A stretch of 64,000 bases of DNA from Lama glama (lineage: Eukaryota). The position numbers and the translations under genes are program-made. The notes under the pieces were generated by a model. It was not told the origin of the DNA. It ran no database searches and saw nothing but the letters and a program-made list of their open reading frames with translations. Position 1 is the stretch's first letter, and every line of letters begins with the position of its first letter. Shown here piece after piece: positions 11,600 through 24,540 of this stretch. The DNA lies in NCBI GenBank assembly GCA_028534125.1, contig CM052816.1, positions 93,870,001-93,934,000 on the forward strand, read 5' to 3'.

Positions 11600-13410
11600 T
11601 TTTACATCCTGTTTTCCTACGGATGTAATGCTTATGATTCATAAATAAATAATATATGCTATTGATTTTGTTTTAAAGAGTAAGTTGAATTTTAAAGATA
11701 CTTAAGAAAAAGGAAATTTTAAATTAAAAGTATTACAATATGTACCTATATATTTATTCATGTAGATCTCCTTTCCTGTACTTTTTATTTCCTTGTGAAT
11801 ATCCATATTCACCTGGTGTCTCTTCCTTCTGCCTAAAGAGCTGCCTTCAATAAGTACAAGCTTTTTTGCACTGCAGACCTGCTGGAGATGAATCCCTCAG
11901 GTTCTGTAAGTTTGAAAAAGTCTTTTATTTTGTCCTCATTTTTAAAGATTTTCTTTCAGATGGATATAGAAAGTCTAAGATGAAAGATTTCCTTTTCTTT
12001 CAGTGTGTTAAAGGTATCACTCCCTTTTCTCTTTTTTGCTTGCATTGTTTTTGATGAGTAATCTACTGACATTTTTATTTTTGTTTCTTAATACATTATG
12101 TGTCTTTCATATTTGACTTCTTTTAAGATTTTATTTTTATCACTGGTTTTGGAAAATCTTATTATTCTGCCCTTTGGTGTAATTTCCTCCTTCTCTCTGT
12201 CTTCCTCTTCCTCCTTCTTGTCCTGAAGATTCTTTGAAGTGCTTGGATCTAAGGATTTATCATTTTCATTCAAATTTGGGACATTTTCAGCTGCTGTTTC
12301 TCCAATGATTCTCCTCCTGCTCCCTGTGGGAATGCCAATCACGCTTCATTACACTTAATGAAGTTTTCCCACACTCACTGATTCTCTAGTTATTATTTTT
12401 TCCTTATTTCTTGCTTTATGGGTTCCTGCTGTGTTTTCTTATTCACTAATCTTTTCTTCTGCACTGTTAAATCTGCCATTAGTCCCATCCAGTTTATTTT
12501 TCATCTCAAACGTTGTGATTTTAATTTCTAGAAGTTTGATTCTGGTTTATTTATAATGAACATGTCTAAACGTAACATTTGAGCATACTTTCTATTTTCC
12601 TTGCTTTCTAATCTAAGATCTGTGTCACTTCCGGGACTATTTCAACAGATTGATTTATTTTTTTATCATCATGGTCATATTTTCCTGTTTCTTAGCATGC
12701 CTTTAACATTTTAATTGGTTGTCACATATTATAAATTTTATTTTGTTTGAATGCTAAATAAGTTTGCGTATACATATATTCAAATAGATATCATTTAGCT
12801 TTCAAGTTACTTGATCACTTTTCATCTTGTCCATAAAATTTGTTTGGTGAGAGCTGAGTAATTTTTGGCCTAGGTCTTAATTATTGCCCACTACTAAGGT
12901 CAGAACCTTCTAAATCCTCTACCACATGGTTCATTATTTAGTAAGTTTCCAAGCTGGATGGTGGAAACATGAGGTGTCCCAGAACTTGTATAGCGCTGTA
13001 GCATGCTGTTCTCTTTATTGCTTTCAGGAGCTTCCTCAAGTGATTAGACCAATCAGTAATCTGGTGAATACCCATGGGAGTAGGGCCTGTACATCACCTC
13101 AGAAGGTCTCTGGTGCTCTGTCTTACATCTAGATGCTTTGGAATCTCAGTTTCAGCTCCTCAACTCGAGTCTGCGAGACTCCATCTAGGTTCTCCTTCCA
13201 GGACTGCAGGCTGGAAACTCTCAAGGCAGCTAAGCTGCAGCACATTAGGACTCACATCATGTGTTCCCCATCTCTCAGAGGTCACTGCTCTTTATTGCCT
13301 GATGTTTTGTGGAGGTAGAAAATGGTTCACATTTATTTTGTCCAGGTTTTCATTTGTTTGTTTGTTATTTCAACTGGAAGCACTATTCTGGCCTCTCTTA
13401 CTCCATCTCT
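11600..13410 (-). mobile_element. Old LINE-1 (L1MC/L1MD-like): 5' UTR, ORF1 remnant and start of the inter-ORF spacer
   Basis: ORF 12088-12342(-) 'IGIP...AENVPNL...TPKGRIIRFSKTSDKNKILKEVKYERHIMY' matches L1 ORF1p. 13050-13400 resembles an antisense old-L1 5' end. Confidence 0.85.
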
Positions 13411-13449
13411 GCAGACAATGAGAGTCCAAGAATATCTTTTTTTTTTTAT

Positions 13450-14215
13450 TCACCTGTTGATTTACTTACAAGCCAACACAATGTATAAAAATCACAACAT
13501 TTTACTATTAGTATGTTATCACGTATAGAGGTAACATTATAAGAAAATACTGTTACAAAAGACAGAATTCTAGCAAATGAAATTGTGCTGCTACAACATT
13601 CTTACATGTTGCATAAAATGCTACCCATTAACCTGAAATAGACAATAATAAGTTAGTGGTGATTTTTTATATTCTCAGAGCAGTCACTAAAGTATAAACA
13701 AACAAACAAACAAACAAACCAATAGGTCAGCTATAAGCCAATAAAGGAAATTTAATGGAATACGGAAAATAGCAAGTATCCCAAAATAAAGCAAGACATT
13801 TGAGACAAAGAATAACAAACAAATTGAAAAGGGAGAAAAAAATAGCAAGGTTGGATATGAAGTCTCCAAATAACAACTAAATTAAATATAGATGAACTAA
13901 ATGAGCTAATTACAAGGCATAGATTTTCATTTGATTTAAAATAAAACAAGACCTACTATAAGCAATTTATAGGATACACCTTTTAAAAATAAAGATGAAA
14001 GTAAAATGATGGATAAGAATTGAGCATAAGAAGGCACTAATGATTACATTAAACAGTCAAAATAGATGTTCAGAGACAACATACATTAGCATAGATAAAG
14101 ATAAATTTTCAAGATGACTAAGGATCAATTCATAAGACATAGCAATACACATATTTTCATATGATAGCAAAGCTTCTTAATACATTTAACAAACCCTGAC
14201 AGATAATCAAATGCA
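13450..14215 (+). mobile_element. Old LINE-1: inter-ORF spacer and start of the ORF2 endonuclease
   Basis: 'aaattaaatatagatgaactaaatgagctaattacaaggcatagattttc...aaaacaagacctactata' is a decayed ITLNVNGLN-PIKRHRL...KQDPTI endonuclease start. Confidence 0.85.
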
Positions 14216-14279
14216 AATATATGTATTATACACTACTCATTCACTTACCAGATTTGGGAGAAATGGAAGGGAAAACTGA

Positions 14280-14975
14280 GCAATTCTGGATTGAATAAGT
14301 TAATGGCAATATTCATACATTGCTTGAGCAAGGATGACTTGTTATACATAATTTGGAAATAACTGAGCAATATTCAGTCTAGTTTTGTATATCCAACAGC
14401 TGAATAATTTAACTCAAGTTTTATGAATTAGAGACATACTCAAAGATTTTTATTATAACATCTTTTTGTAGCAGAATTCAGAAAAAGCAATACCAAAAAG
14501 TCCATCACTAGGAGAATGAGTGAATAAATTTTATTGCCATGTGTCTTGTAGAAACAGTTGAAATGTATAGACTGTACTTTTAACATTGGCTAGATTTCAA
14601 AGTCAAAGTGCTGATCAAGAAACAAGATGCCAGATCATACTTTAAGAATGATATTAATATAAATTTAAGTAAAACTGTTCAATTCATCCTTAATAGATCT
14701 ATTTGCAAAGAGTAAAACTTAACAACATGAATCATAAATAAGCTACTAAATTAAGAATAGTGATGCTTTGGAAAGCTTGGAATAGTGAGGAATATAATTT
14801 GGGAAGGATTAAAAAACATATTTCAACTGTACCTGTAAAGTTTGTACTTTATATTAAAATAAACAGTTTTGACCAAATGTATTAAAACTTAACATTTGCA
14901 TTTCATTCTAGATAGAATATTTGTGAGTGCTTATTATAATTTCTTCCTATGTGTGATTTAAAAACTTCTCAAATT
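14280..14975 (+). mobile_element. Old LINE-1 3' region (L1ME-like)
   Basis: Degenerate L1 3' motifs such as 'aagtccatcactaggagaatgagtgaataaatt'. Confidence 0.55.
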
Positions 14976-15251
14976 AAAATGAAGAACAAAAGAACACATC
15001 TCAGTAGAATTAGAAAGAAAATCAAATTTTCTTGATAATATAAAATAATAAAAGAAAAATATTATCTTAAGAGTTATAAGCAAGAACTTAGCAAATGTGC
15101 AAGGAATTTGTTATGTTAATAGGTATCATCTCTTTTGGAAGATGTAACTTGGTGATTTATTTGGAAAGAATGGTGATTGCCAAATGTATTTGTACATGTT
15201 TTAATACATATATTTATTATAATTATAAATCAGAGAGTAAACAGCTAAAAA

Positions 15252-15625
15252 TTTTATTGCAGTGTAATTGACATGTAACATTATGTTAATTTCATATGTT
15301 CAACATAATGATTTGATATTTGTATATATTTCAGAATGGCCACCCCAATAAGCCTGTTTTCATTAGTCACCATACATAGCTACAGATTTTATTTTCTTAC
15401 CATGAGAACTTTTAAGATTTACTGTTTTAGCAACTTTCAAATATGCAGCACAGTATTATTAACTATAGTCTCCATACTGTGTGTGACATCCCTGTAACTT
15501 ACTTATTTTATAACTGGAAGTGTGTATCTCTTGATTATTTTCACTCTTTTTGTATCTCCCAACACCCCACTCCTGCCTCTGGAAACCACCGAAATATTCT
15601 TTACTTCTATGAGATTGAGTTTTGC
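15252..15625 (-). mobile_element. LINE-1 3' UTR (L1MA9-like)
   Basis: 'tgagaacttttaagatttactgttttagcaactttcaaatatgcagcacagtattattaactatagtc...taactggaagt' is typical of the L1MA9 3' end in antisense. Confidence 0.85.
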
Positions 15626-16099
15626 TGTTATTGTTTTGGTTTTTTGTTTGTTTTTGTTTTAAATAGTTAATATTTTTAAAGTGAGAGAGTATACAAATGC
15701 AATTTGTACTTAACAGTGTAGTCAAATCTTAGAACACGTTAACACATCTGAAAAAACCATATGTCTTGTATAGTTTAGAAAGAAAGTTTTGAAGAAGAGA
15801 GCATAAATGTGGGGTATTCTCATATTTTATTTGATATTATTATAGTGAACATATTGAGGCCATATACTAGAATTCTTTTTTAAATAGATTTGTTTTAAGA
15901 TACTCCCTGAAAATTTATAGTTGCAGACAATTTTATGGAAGGATAATTTCAAAATTCTAGCTATGGGAATTCTTTTTTTGTAAAACTTTCTGAATGATAA
16001 AAAAAAATTCTCCAAAATTTTATATAAGATTACACATTGAATCCAAAAGCTAGTAAAGGTCGTATGAAAGAGAAGCAATTTTAAGGAAATCTTTTTTTT

Positions 16100-16620
16100 G
16101 AAGGGCTGGAAATATCCATTCTAAGTTTGCAAGCACAGTGATGCCTACTGAGTGCTGCTGTGTTTACCTCCCCAGCTACTCGGCTCTGGTTGCTGGAGAT
16201 TTGAAAGTTTGGCTGCCATTTGTGAGCTCTGGGAATCGTTTGTGGTATAGTTGCTTCACAGCTCTTTTTCAGGATTTGCTTAGCCTTTCCTTGTAGAATT
16301 TCACCTTATGCATGCGGAAGGCTCAAGGCCAAACCTATGCAGATATTTGGAACTCTTCTTAGTACCTTCTCCTCCAACTTAGCAAGATTGCAGAGTTTTA
16401 TTTGGGCTCCTCCTTCCTCAGCCACTATGCCAATATTTCCATGGCCCAGAACTCTGGGGGAATATGGAGCTCTCTTTATAGCTTCCCATAGCTTAAGAAT
16501 CATAGCACTCCACTGCCCCTTGTCTGATTTTAGAAAGCTTCTAATGTTTTGTTCAATTTTGAGGATGTTTAGAAATGTGATTGTGATTCCTATTGTGTAC
16601 TCAGTCAGAAGCCAAAGTTG
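16100..16620 (-). mobile_element. Old LINE-1 5' end remnant
   Basis: 'ctcaaggccaaacctatgcagatatttggaactc' and the downstream layout parallel the L1 5' end at 13050-13400. Explains ORFs 16306-16677 and 16337-16621. Confidence 0.5.
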
Positions 16621-16843
16621 ATTGCTTATCATTTTTGTAAGATATACCAGTGGTACAATCATGTAGAACTCAATCATAATTCTATGTTAATTCCCCATTA
16701 TTCCATTAGGCAGAGATATTAACAATACTGCAAATGACCTTATACGAGGAAAAAGTTATGTGTTAAATGCAGAAAATCACTTTCAATCTCTGGTTAAAAA
16801 ACAAAAACTGTCCGTAGTGAGCACAGAAGTAAATGATTCTTAA

Positions 16844-16845
<2 letters not shown>

Positions 16846-16881
<36 letters not shown>
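16846..16881. repeat. (AC)18 microsatellite
   Basis: Perfect dinucleotide run read directly from the sequence. Confidence 0.98.
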
Positions 16882-16884
<3 letters not shown>

Positions 16885-17849
16885 TTTGAAATCAGTGTAT
16901 ATAACCCAAAATAACATTTTCAATCTCTTATAATGAAGTTAGTTATTACCATGCAAAATGTTTGATAATTTCCATGCCCTTTCTCTTGAAAAAATATAAA
17001 CAACTCATGTAGACTTGAATACAACAGTGATTTAAAGAAATCATATAAAAAGAGATTTAAGGACTTTGAAGGAATTGGATGTCATTTTTTATAGTGATAT
17101 GACATTTATACAGAAGAATTATTTTTTAAATTGAAATACCCAAAAGAGTTAAGAGATTATTTTTCCATTATGCCATAGACAGATTGTGAGTCACGAAAGA
17201 CAGTAAAATTTTGTGGTAGGAAAGTATTCAGGCAATTAAAAAATGATAAAATATTAGCATACAATATATAAAAGTTAATTTTGTTAAAATCCTGTAATAA
17301 CAAACAAAGAAAATAAGCATAGGAATTGGCAAGAAAATAAAATACTTTGAAAGATAAAAGCTATAAAAGCACAGAATACTTTCCATAAGAAAAAGCATTT
17401 CAAAGAGCAAACTATAAATCCCTAATACAGAATTTCCAGGAAGAAAATGCAAATTAATCTAAAGAAAAATAAAACTCAGTGGACATCTAGCAATAGTGAT
17501 TATCTGAAAATATCATTGAAATGTCCAGAATGATATATCAAAGTAATAAACTCACAAAAAATATGTAAAGATGAAATGACTCCATCTCCAAGAGGAAATA
17601 TTAATGAATTTTTAGAAGACATTAAAGCCAAACACTCCATCCATTTCTCTACTCCAGTCCTGACCAACCGCCTTGACACAGTGCCAATTTGCAGTGTTTC
17701 AGGACTGACAAAACCCCAAGGAAAAAGAAGCTTGAAATCATTCAAGCTTTCTGTGATTCTCACCACTCCAGAATCACAGTCCTGTGGTCTTTTGCAGCTT
17801 TTTAATTTTGTGAAATATTTGATTGGATGACAACTTTATATAAACATTT

Positions 17850-18420
17850 TATTTATGTACAACAATCTTGAAAAACAAAGCTCAAATCGTAAGTGTGCTG
17901 CTGTAAGAAATTTTTACAAAATGATAATAAATATGTAATCATCATGTGAATCAGCACTGATGCTGCAAAGTATCAGTGTTTTCTGGGGAAGCAACAATGG
18001 CAACAGTAGAACATTATTGGATCCACGAAAGCTCCCTTTATGGTCAAATCCAGTTACTACTACTCCTCCAACCCAGGAGAAATATGATTCTAGAGCATAA
18101 TCACACAGACTAGATTTTCTTGGTTTTGAAATGTATATAAATGAAGACTTTGACTTCACTGACTTAATGTTAGTTTTGTAAAGTTTATCCATGGTGTTGA
18201 TGCAGTGTTCGTTGTCTTTCATTTCTGTATGGTTTTCCAGTGTATTAATGTATCTTAATTTTTAATATCTTTCACGATTAATGGGCATTGAGTAGTTTAA
18301 CACTTTTGGATACTATGAACACTGCCACTGTGGTCTTCCATATATACGTCTTTTAGTAAACGTTTACATGCATTTCTGTTTTGTTTATAGCTGGAATAGA
18401 ATTGTTAAATCACAAGTATC
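17850..18420 (-). mobile_element. LINE-1 3' region (L1MB/L1MC-like)
   Basis: Antisense motifs 'gacttcactgacttaatgttagttttgtaaagtttatccatggtg' and 'ttttggatactatgaacactgccactgtgg'. Confidence 0.7.
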
Positions 18421-18821
18421 CTCTGTTTGTTTGTCTCTCCGTCTCTCAAATTGATTTGCTCTTCTTGCTCTTCTGTTCTCGAGGCAACATCTTTAATATT
18501 CATATCTTACACTTTATCATGCAATTTAGTTAATGTCTTGACTGTTTAATCAGCTCTAGGTTTAAACAAATGCTCATCACTTGGGAATTCACAATTTAGG
18601 ATTGTAGGAGAACTGGATAAGTCTTTCCTTTCTTTCCCCTTATTAAATCTCTAACTAGAAAGAATCAGTCTGGGAATTTCCTTTTCACTGATATGAATTA
18701 ATGAATTATCTCACTGCAACCCACTGGTATGGAAAGCAGAAATAGTTACAATTAACTTTTTAATATAAATTACATTAAAATACATACATTTACTATAAAT
18801 TACTATAAAATACATTTTGAT

Positions 18822-18940
18822 GCAATAGTAGTTAAGAACATGGATTTTAGAGATGGACTGCTGGAATTAGATCCCAGCTCTGTCACTAATTATTAGATAT
18901 TTGATACTTAGGAAACTTAGGTAAAGATTTGCCTCTATTT
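18822..18940 (+). mobile_element. MIR SINE
   Basis: 'gtagttaagaacatggattttagagatggactgctggaattagatcccagctctgtcact' is the MIR 5' tRNA-like head. Confidence 0.75.
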
Positions 18941-21799
18941 TTTTTATTCTGTTCTTAAAGTGATCTCAAAAATACGATTTTTCAGGTATTTTTCTAGTCT
19001 TTCATGGTCTAATATCAGTGTTAGACAATAATGTAACGCCAACAAGTAACAACTCAATTGAACAGTAGCAAAAACTTCCAATAAAATTTTAACATTTAGT
19101 GAATTCAAAAAGCTCTTACTATTTATTACACTTTTTATTTTAATATATTTGCACATTATGGTTTTAACAAAAGCAATTTCATAGAAGAGGCTCTAATCCC
19201 ATTGTCAGTCCACAAACATCTATTTTATTCTTGATAAATTATTTATACAATATATTAAATGAAATAAAATGATCTATTTTAATCTGTATTTAATAAGTAG
19301 ATCTTTTGTGATTTAAAGCAATTTTTTTACATAATCTTTTTTTTTGGCTTTGAATACAAAGTAATTATTCATAGCCATCAACTAAATAGTACATTAAATG
19401 TGTGACGTTTTCATTCTTGGAATATTTAAATTATATGGGTTTATGGAATAGGACCCTTTTAAAATTTTCTTATATCCAAATTTTCCTGCAAAGTATCCAT
19501 GTTTTCTGGAGAAAAAAAAATTTTTAACCAGATCTAAATTCTTGGCATTATATTTGAATTTCTAAAGACTGAATCATTTTAGTTCATTGGGAAGATATTG
19601 CATTCAAGTTCAGTTTTAATTTTAAAGTATAATCCTACTTGACTAGAAGATGCCATGATCTAAGCCTTTATATATGTAAGTAAACCACTGAACTGTTATT
19701 GTTCAAACATTATATAAGCTATATCCAACCCATGACGAATTTGATGTAATTAGTTCAGATTATTTGCCATCAGATACCTAGAGAAAATAATCTTGTGAAA
19801 ACATATTACTTGTCATCTTTTAGTAACATGAATTTCAGTAACATGAATCCTTCTACTTTCTGTTACCATTTCTATATAGTAGAATTTATATTTGCTTTCA
19901 TAATGCTAGGAATGGGACTAGTTTGATGATTCCTAAGAGGATAAAGGAAGAAGAATTGGCTACGGAGCAATATAGAATGTAAAAGCTGAAGTGTCAAAAA
20001 CATTAAGAAGGTTATAGAATTAACCATCAGTTTGACATTAATTATTATTTATTTGGTAACAGGATCAAATATGCACAGGAATCTTCAGTTAATAATAAAA
20101 TAACTTAAAAAGGCTTGCACTATGGAGTGAGATTGCACATCTAGGATATTACAATTATCACACTTCCCTGTTACATTTACCAAAACATTTCAAAGTATGC
20201 CCCAAATATAAAAGTATCCATTTCTTCTTTTCTCCTTTTGTCCTTCCTTCAGCTTTTTGTGGGGAACTTAAAATTTCTTAAATTAAAAGTTTATAGCATA
20301 TTTATTGATGTGTACAGAGGAGGTAATCTTATGATCAGACATCATCAAACAGAGCTATGTGCCACGTGTTAGGGAACTTGGTTTGATGCTATAAATTGTA
20401 ACACAGACTCACTGTACTATTGTATGTAAATTCAGTGATCATATATACTGAATAATGTGTCATGTTTTGAATTCTTGATTATAAGGCTATTCTAAAATGA
20501 TAAAAATGATTATAGAAGAGTTTCCTATGAATTTCAAAAAATACTAGGGGAGGGGAAAGATTTTAGAATCTTTGTAATGTTTATGACATTAATCTCTCTG
20601 AAAATCAAAGGTTAGTAGCAATGGTAAGAATTTTCAGATTTAAACATATCTCATTTAAATTTTGCAGGGAAATACATCAAAAACATTATAAAAATCTTTT
20701 ACTACACACTTCACTAGAAGATTCAAAAAGTTGTGTAGATTGCCTGACAAGAGGCTCTGGGAACTAAATGGTATTTGTATGACACTTGGCAGGTGTTGCT
20801 GTTTGGATTTGGCCTGAACAAAAGCCAAGTGCTTTAGAATTTTACATCAGGAAATGAAACTTTCACACAACTCAGTAGTCACAGGTGTGTCCTCTTCTCT
20901 CTTTTTGCCAAAGTTCTCTACATTTATGAATTTTAAACTGCACGGTTCTCTTGTTAGGTTTCAGCAGATGAGGGTTTTTTTCTCTTTTTTGAGTGGGAGA
21001 GTAATTCTCAAATTAATTTCGTTATATTTTAGTGAAAACATTTACCTAAAATAAACAGTATTGTATTTCATATTATTTTTATTTGTTAAATGATGAAAAT
21101 GAATACATAGTATAATTTTCTCAAGTTAGTAAATATACTGATTTGAATTTTTATGGTGCTAGAAATGATCTACATCTTGAAATGGGTTGTATATTTAAGA
21201 ATTCATTTACTTTATGAATATTACATTATACTTCAATAAAAATTGCCAAAACATGAATGTAGTCAATTATAAAATATTTTATTTAGCCTTCTTTTTTATA
21301 CATCTATCAGTCTTTACTTATAATAAATATATTCTGACATTTTGTTTTTGTGTCATATTGCTGTTATATTCCTTACCAAATTTGTCTAATTTTGTTTTGT
21401 TTCACAGAAGGTTGACACTTTCCCCCAAATTTTCTAGCTTCTGGTCAGGTCCAGCCAGCTTGGTTCCCTCATAACTAAAGGGAAGATTGGACAATGGGTG
21501 ATGATGTCTTCAGCTCTTCCCTTTACAGCCTTGGTTCCCATTGGGCAGCCCCATTGTAAGTCTCTCCTCATATCTAGTTGCATCAACTACTCCGCTCTTC
21601 CTTTCAATTCTATTTTGCTATTACTAGTTTCTGGGTTATCTCTTTAATATCGGCTTTTAACTTTTCTATCAGTTTTACGACCAGTTGCTCCATTAAATCC
21701 TATCTGTTAAGCTATCTGGCATGGATTTTGTTTTCTTTAATGAATACTGATTTGTATACTCTAAAAATAAAATCAAATCTATAATAAAAAATTGAACTT

Positions 21800-22790
21800 T
21801 ATATTAAGTTACTCTTTTGAGTGTGCTGTAAGGTACGTTATTTTTAGGTTTTTATTTCCCCCATGTGATAAGCAATTCCTTCTACATTTATTTGAAAGTC
21901 CATCTAGACATCCTGTCTTATGATGTCATCATAATAATATATTGTGATTCTACATAGTCTCAAGTCTATTTGTTTGCTGTCTGTCTTTTGACCAATATTT
22001 CTATGCTTTATTTAGTAACATATCCATATATATAACATATTATATTTTTATATCAGTTTATAACAAATACCCCACAAAGTATGTTATTTAAACTTGCACT
22101 GCTATTTATTCACTCTTTACTTTTCTGTGTGAATTTTAGGAACAGCATGCCAAGTTTTGTGTGAAATTCTACTGGTATAGCAAAATATTATAGATTAATT
22201 TGGAGAAGATTGATGTCCTTCCTACACTTCATCTCTCTATCCATGAACATTGTAGACATCTAGATTTATTCAAGATGTCTATGTAATTTTAATATTTCCT
22301 TGTTACTCACTGAACACACCACATACATATTTACATGGATTCATCTATACTTTTTATATTCTCTGGCATTATGAGTAGATGGTACACTCAGTTACAACTC
22401 AAGTCTATATATAAGAGCTAAAGACTTTTTATATGTTGATCTAAAATGCAGTAAGCATACTCAGCACAAATTGCTAGTTGATTTATACAATGTTTACTTT
22501 TTTCAGTGCATAATCATATTGTCTATAAATAAAAATGATGTTATTTCTTTTCTCCAATCCCTATGATTTTATTTTATTTCTTTACACTATGGTATTGAAT
22601 TAATTCAAATGCACTGTGCTGAACTGAAGCAGTTACAGAGGACATACTTGTCTTGTTCTTAACCTCATATTGGAAACTTTCTCCAGGTGACAAAGCTGAT
22701 TTTAAGTTTCTGATAGATACATTTTATCAATTTAAACAGTTCAACTCTCTTCTTAGTTTTCTAGGAAAGCATTTTTGTTGTTATTTGTGA
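21800..22790 (-). mobile_element. Old LINE-1 ORF2 remnant (L1ME-like)
   Basis: Antisense ORF2 motifs 'tatagattaatttggagaagattgatgtc', 'ctatccatgaacat' and 'ggacatacttgtcttgttctt'. Confidence 0.7.
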
Positions 22791-23449
22791 ATAAAAGCTG
22801 TTTAATTATTTTTATTTATTACTTTATTATTGAGAAATATTATCCTATAATATTTTGAATACTATTTTACTTGTTTATAAGATTATTATTTTACTTTATA
22901 GTATATATTTATTATACTAAAACTTGAAAACATATGTGTAATCATTTAAAAGAATAAACCAAATTTAGAAATCTATAATTATCCATGCTTATATTACGTT
23001 TTATTTTCATCCAAAAGCAAATTTCATCTTCAGAAACCAAATATGAAATTCGTGTTTTTATGTTTTCAAATTAATCTGTGTAATTAACTTAATTAATTAA
23101 ATGAATATGTAGATAGCTGTGTATAGAGAAACATACCCACTTCTTAGATCACAATTTTTTGCAGTCTTTCTGTGTGTGTGTAAAATACATGGTGAAATAA
23201 AGCTGCGGATAAAATTTTAACAAGGATGCTAGAAGTTTTAACTTAGTTTTGTTAATACTGATATTAGATTATATACTATTATATTACATTATATACTATA
23301 TAATATTAAATGATAGTTTAACTGGGTAAGAACACATAGTATGCCACAGTTTCCTCTAATTAGTTTTAAGATATAATTTTATTGTGTGTTGCTTTTTCTC
23401 TAAGTCAACTATTTAATTGTAATTTTAAAAAATAATTTGGAATTTTTTT

Positions 23450-23960
23450 TAGTATCACTAGCTGATGTCTTTATACCTAACATTCTATAGTCATACTTTT
23501 GTGTCTAGATACGGATACTTTTGCATTTTCAGTTTGTATTCAGAACTCATTTTTTCCTAGGATTCATGATTTTTCTTCACACTTGAATAATTCTCAGCAA
23601 GTATCCCTTCAAATTGTATTGATTTACTATTTCCCCTTGTGTCTAATTATAGGATATTTTCTCAGGCTGTTAAATGTGTCTTCCATTTAACTTAATATTT
23701 TTATATATTTTAAACTGCTTGTTATCTGAGCTGTGCTCCTTGAGAATTCATAGAACAATTTCAACTTTCTCTTGTATTTTTCCAGACTAGAATTTATCCA
23801 TATGTCAATATTTTAATTGTAACAAATATGTTTTAAATTATATGATCTTTTTTATCCTATTTCTATCTCTTTTAAAATTTCTATCTGTATAATTTTATAG
23901 TTTCTTATTTTTCCATATAATGACATCTCTTCATTTTCTTCTGACATATTTGAAACATAA
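23450..23960 (-). mobile_element. Old L1 ORF1/HAL1-like remnant
   Basis: T-rich antisense ORF1-like composition and motifs ('gaataattctcagcaagtatcccttcaaattgt'); highly diverged. Confidence 0.4.
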
Positions 23961-24175
23961 GCATTAATTTTCTGTTTGACCACCTTAACTATCTTTCTTT
24001 GTATTGAAAATTTTGTTTACAGACTAATTTTGTATGTGACTTTCAAGCTCTTGTGAGTGATTCAGCTCCCTAATTCTATAATTATATTAAAGACACAGGA
24101 AATTTAGACTCTAAGTCAACAGGCAGCCAAGCTCTGATCCTGAATGAAGTCATTTAGAAGGCAAACATGAGTATA

Positions 24176-24540
24176 CAGCTGTTCCTTGCTTTTCGAAAGT
24201 TCACTTTACACTACTTCATTTTTACAAAAGACCACGTTAGTACCAGCTTTTGCTGACAGACGGAAATTCAAAGACAATTTTTGATATTACAAAAAAAAAT
24301 CCAAAAGCAAAAATACTCTTCTGCATTTGTTTTGCAGCAAACCTTTATAAAAGCAGCATGAACCCCAAACAGTGGAGTGACACCTCCAAGCTTCTTTCCT
24401 GGGAACTACAGTCAGCATCTCAGGATCAAAATGCCATAGCTTTGACTGTGTCTGCGAGCATCTGTGCTTTACTTAGATTTATTTTGTGCATCTGTTAGCC
24501 ATTTCAGAAACGCTGTACTTTTGGATAGTAGGGAAAGCTG
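24176..24540. mobile_element. Non-autonomous TcMar-Tigger-type DNA transposon (365 bp MITE)
   Basis: TA target duplication at 24174-24175 and 24541-24542. Imperfect TIRs: left cagctgttccttgcttttcgaaagt; right (reverse complement) cagctttccctactatccaaaagt. Subfamily not determined. Confidence 0.85.
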
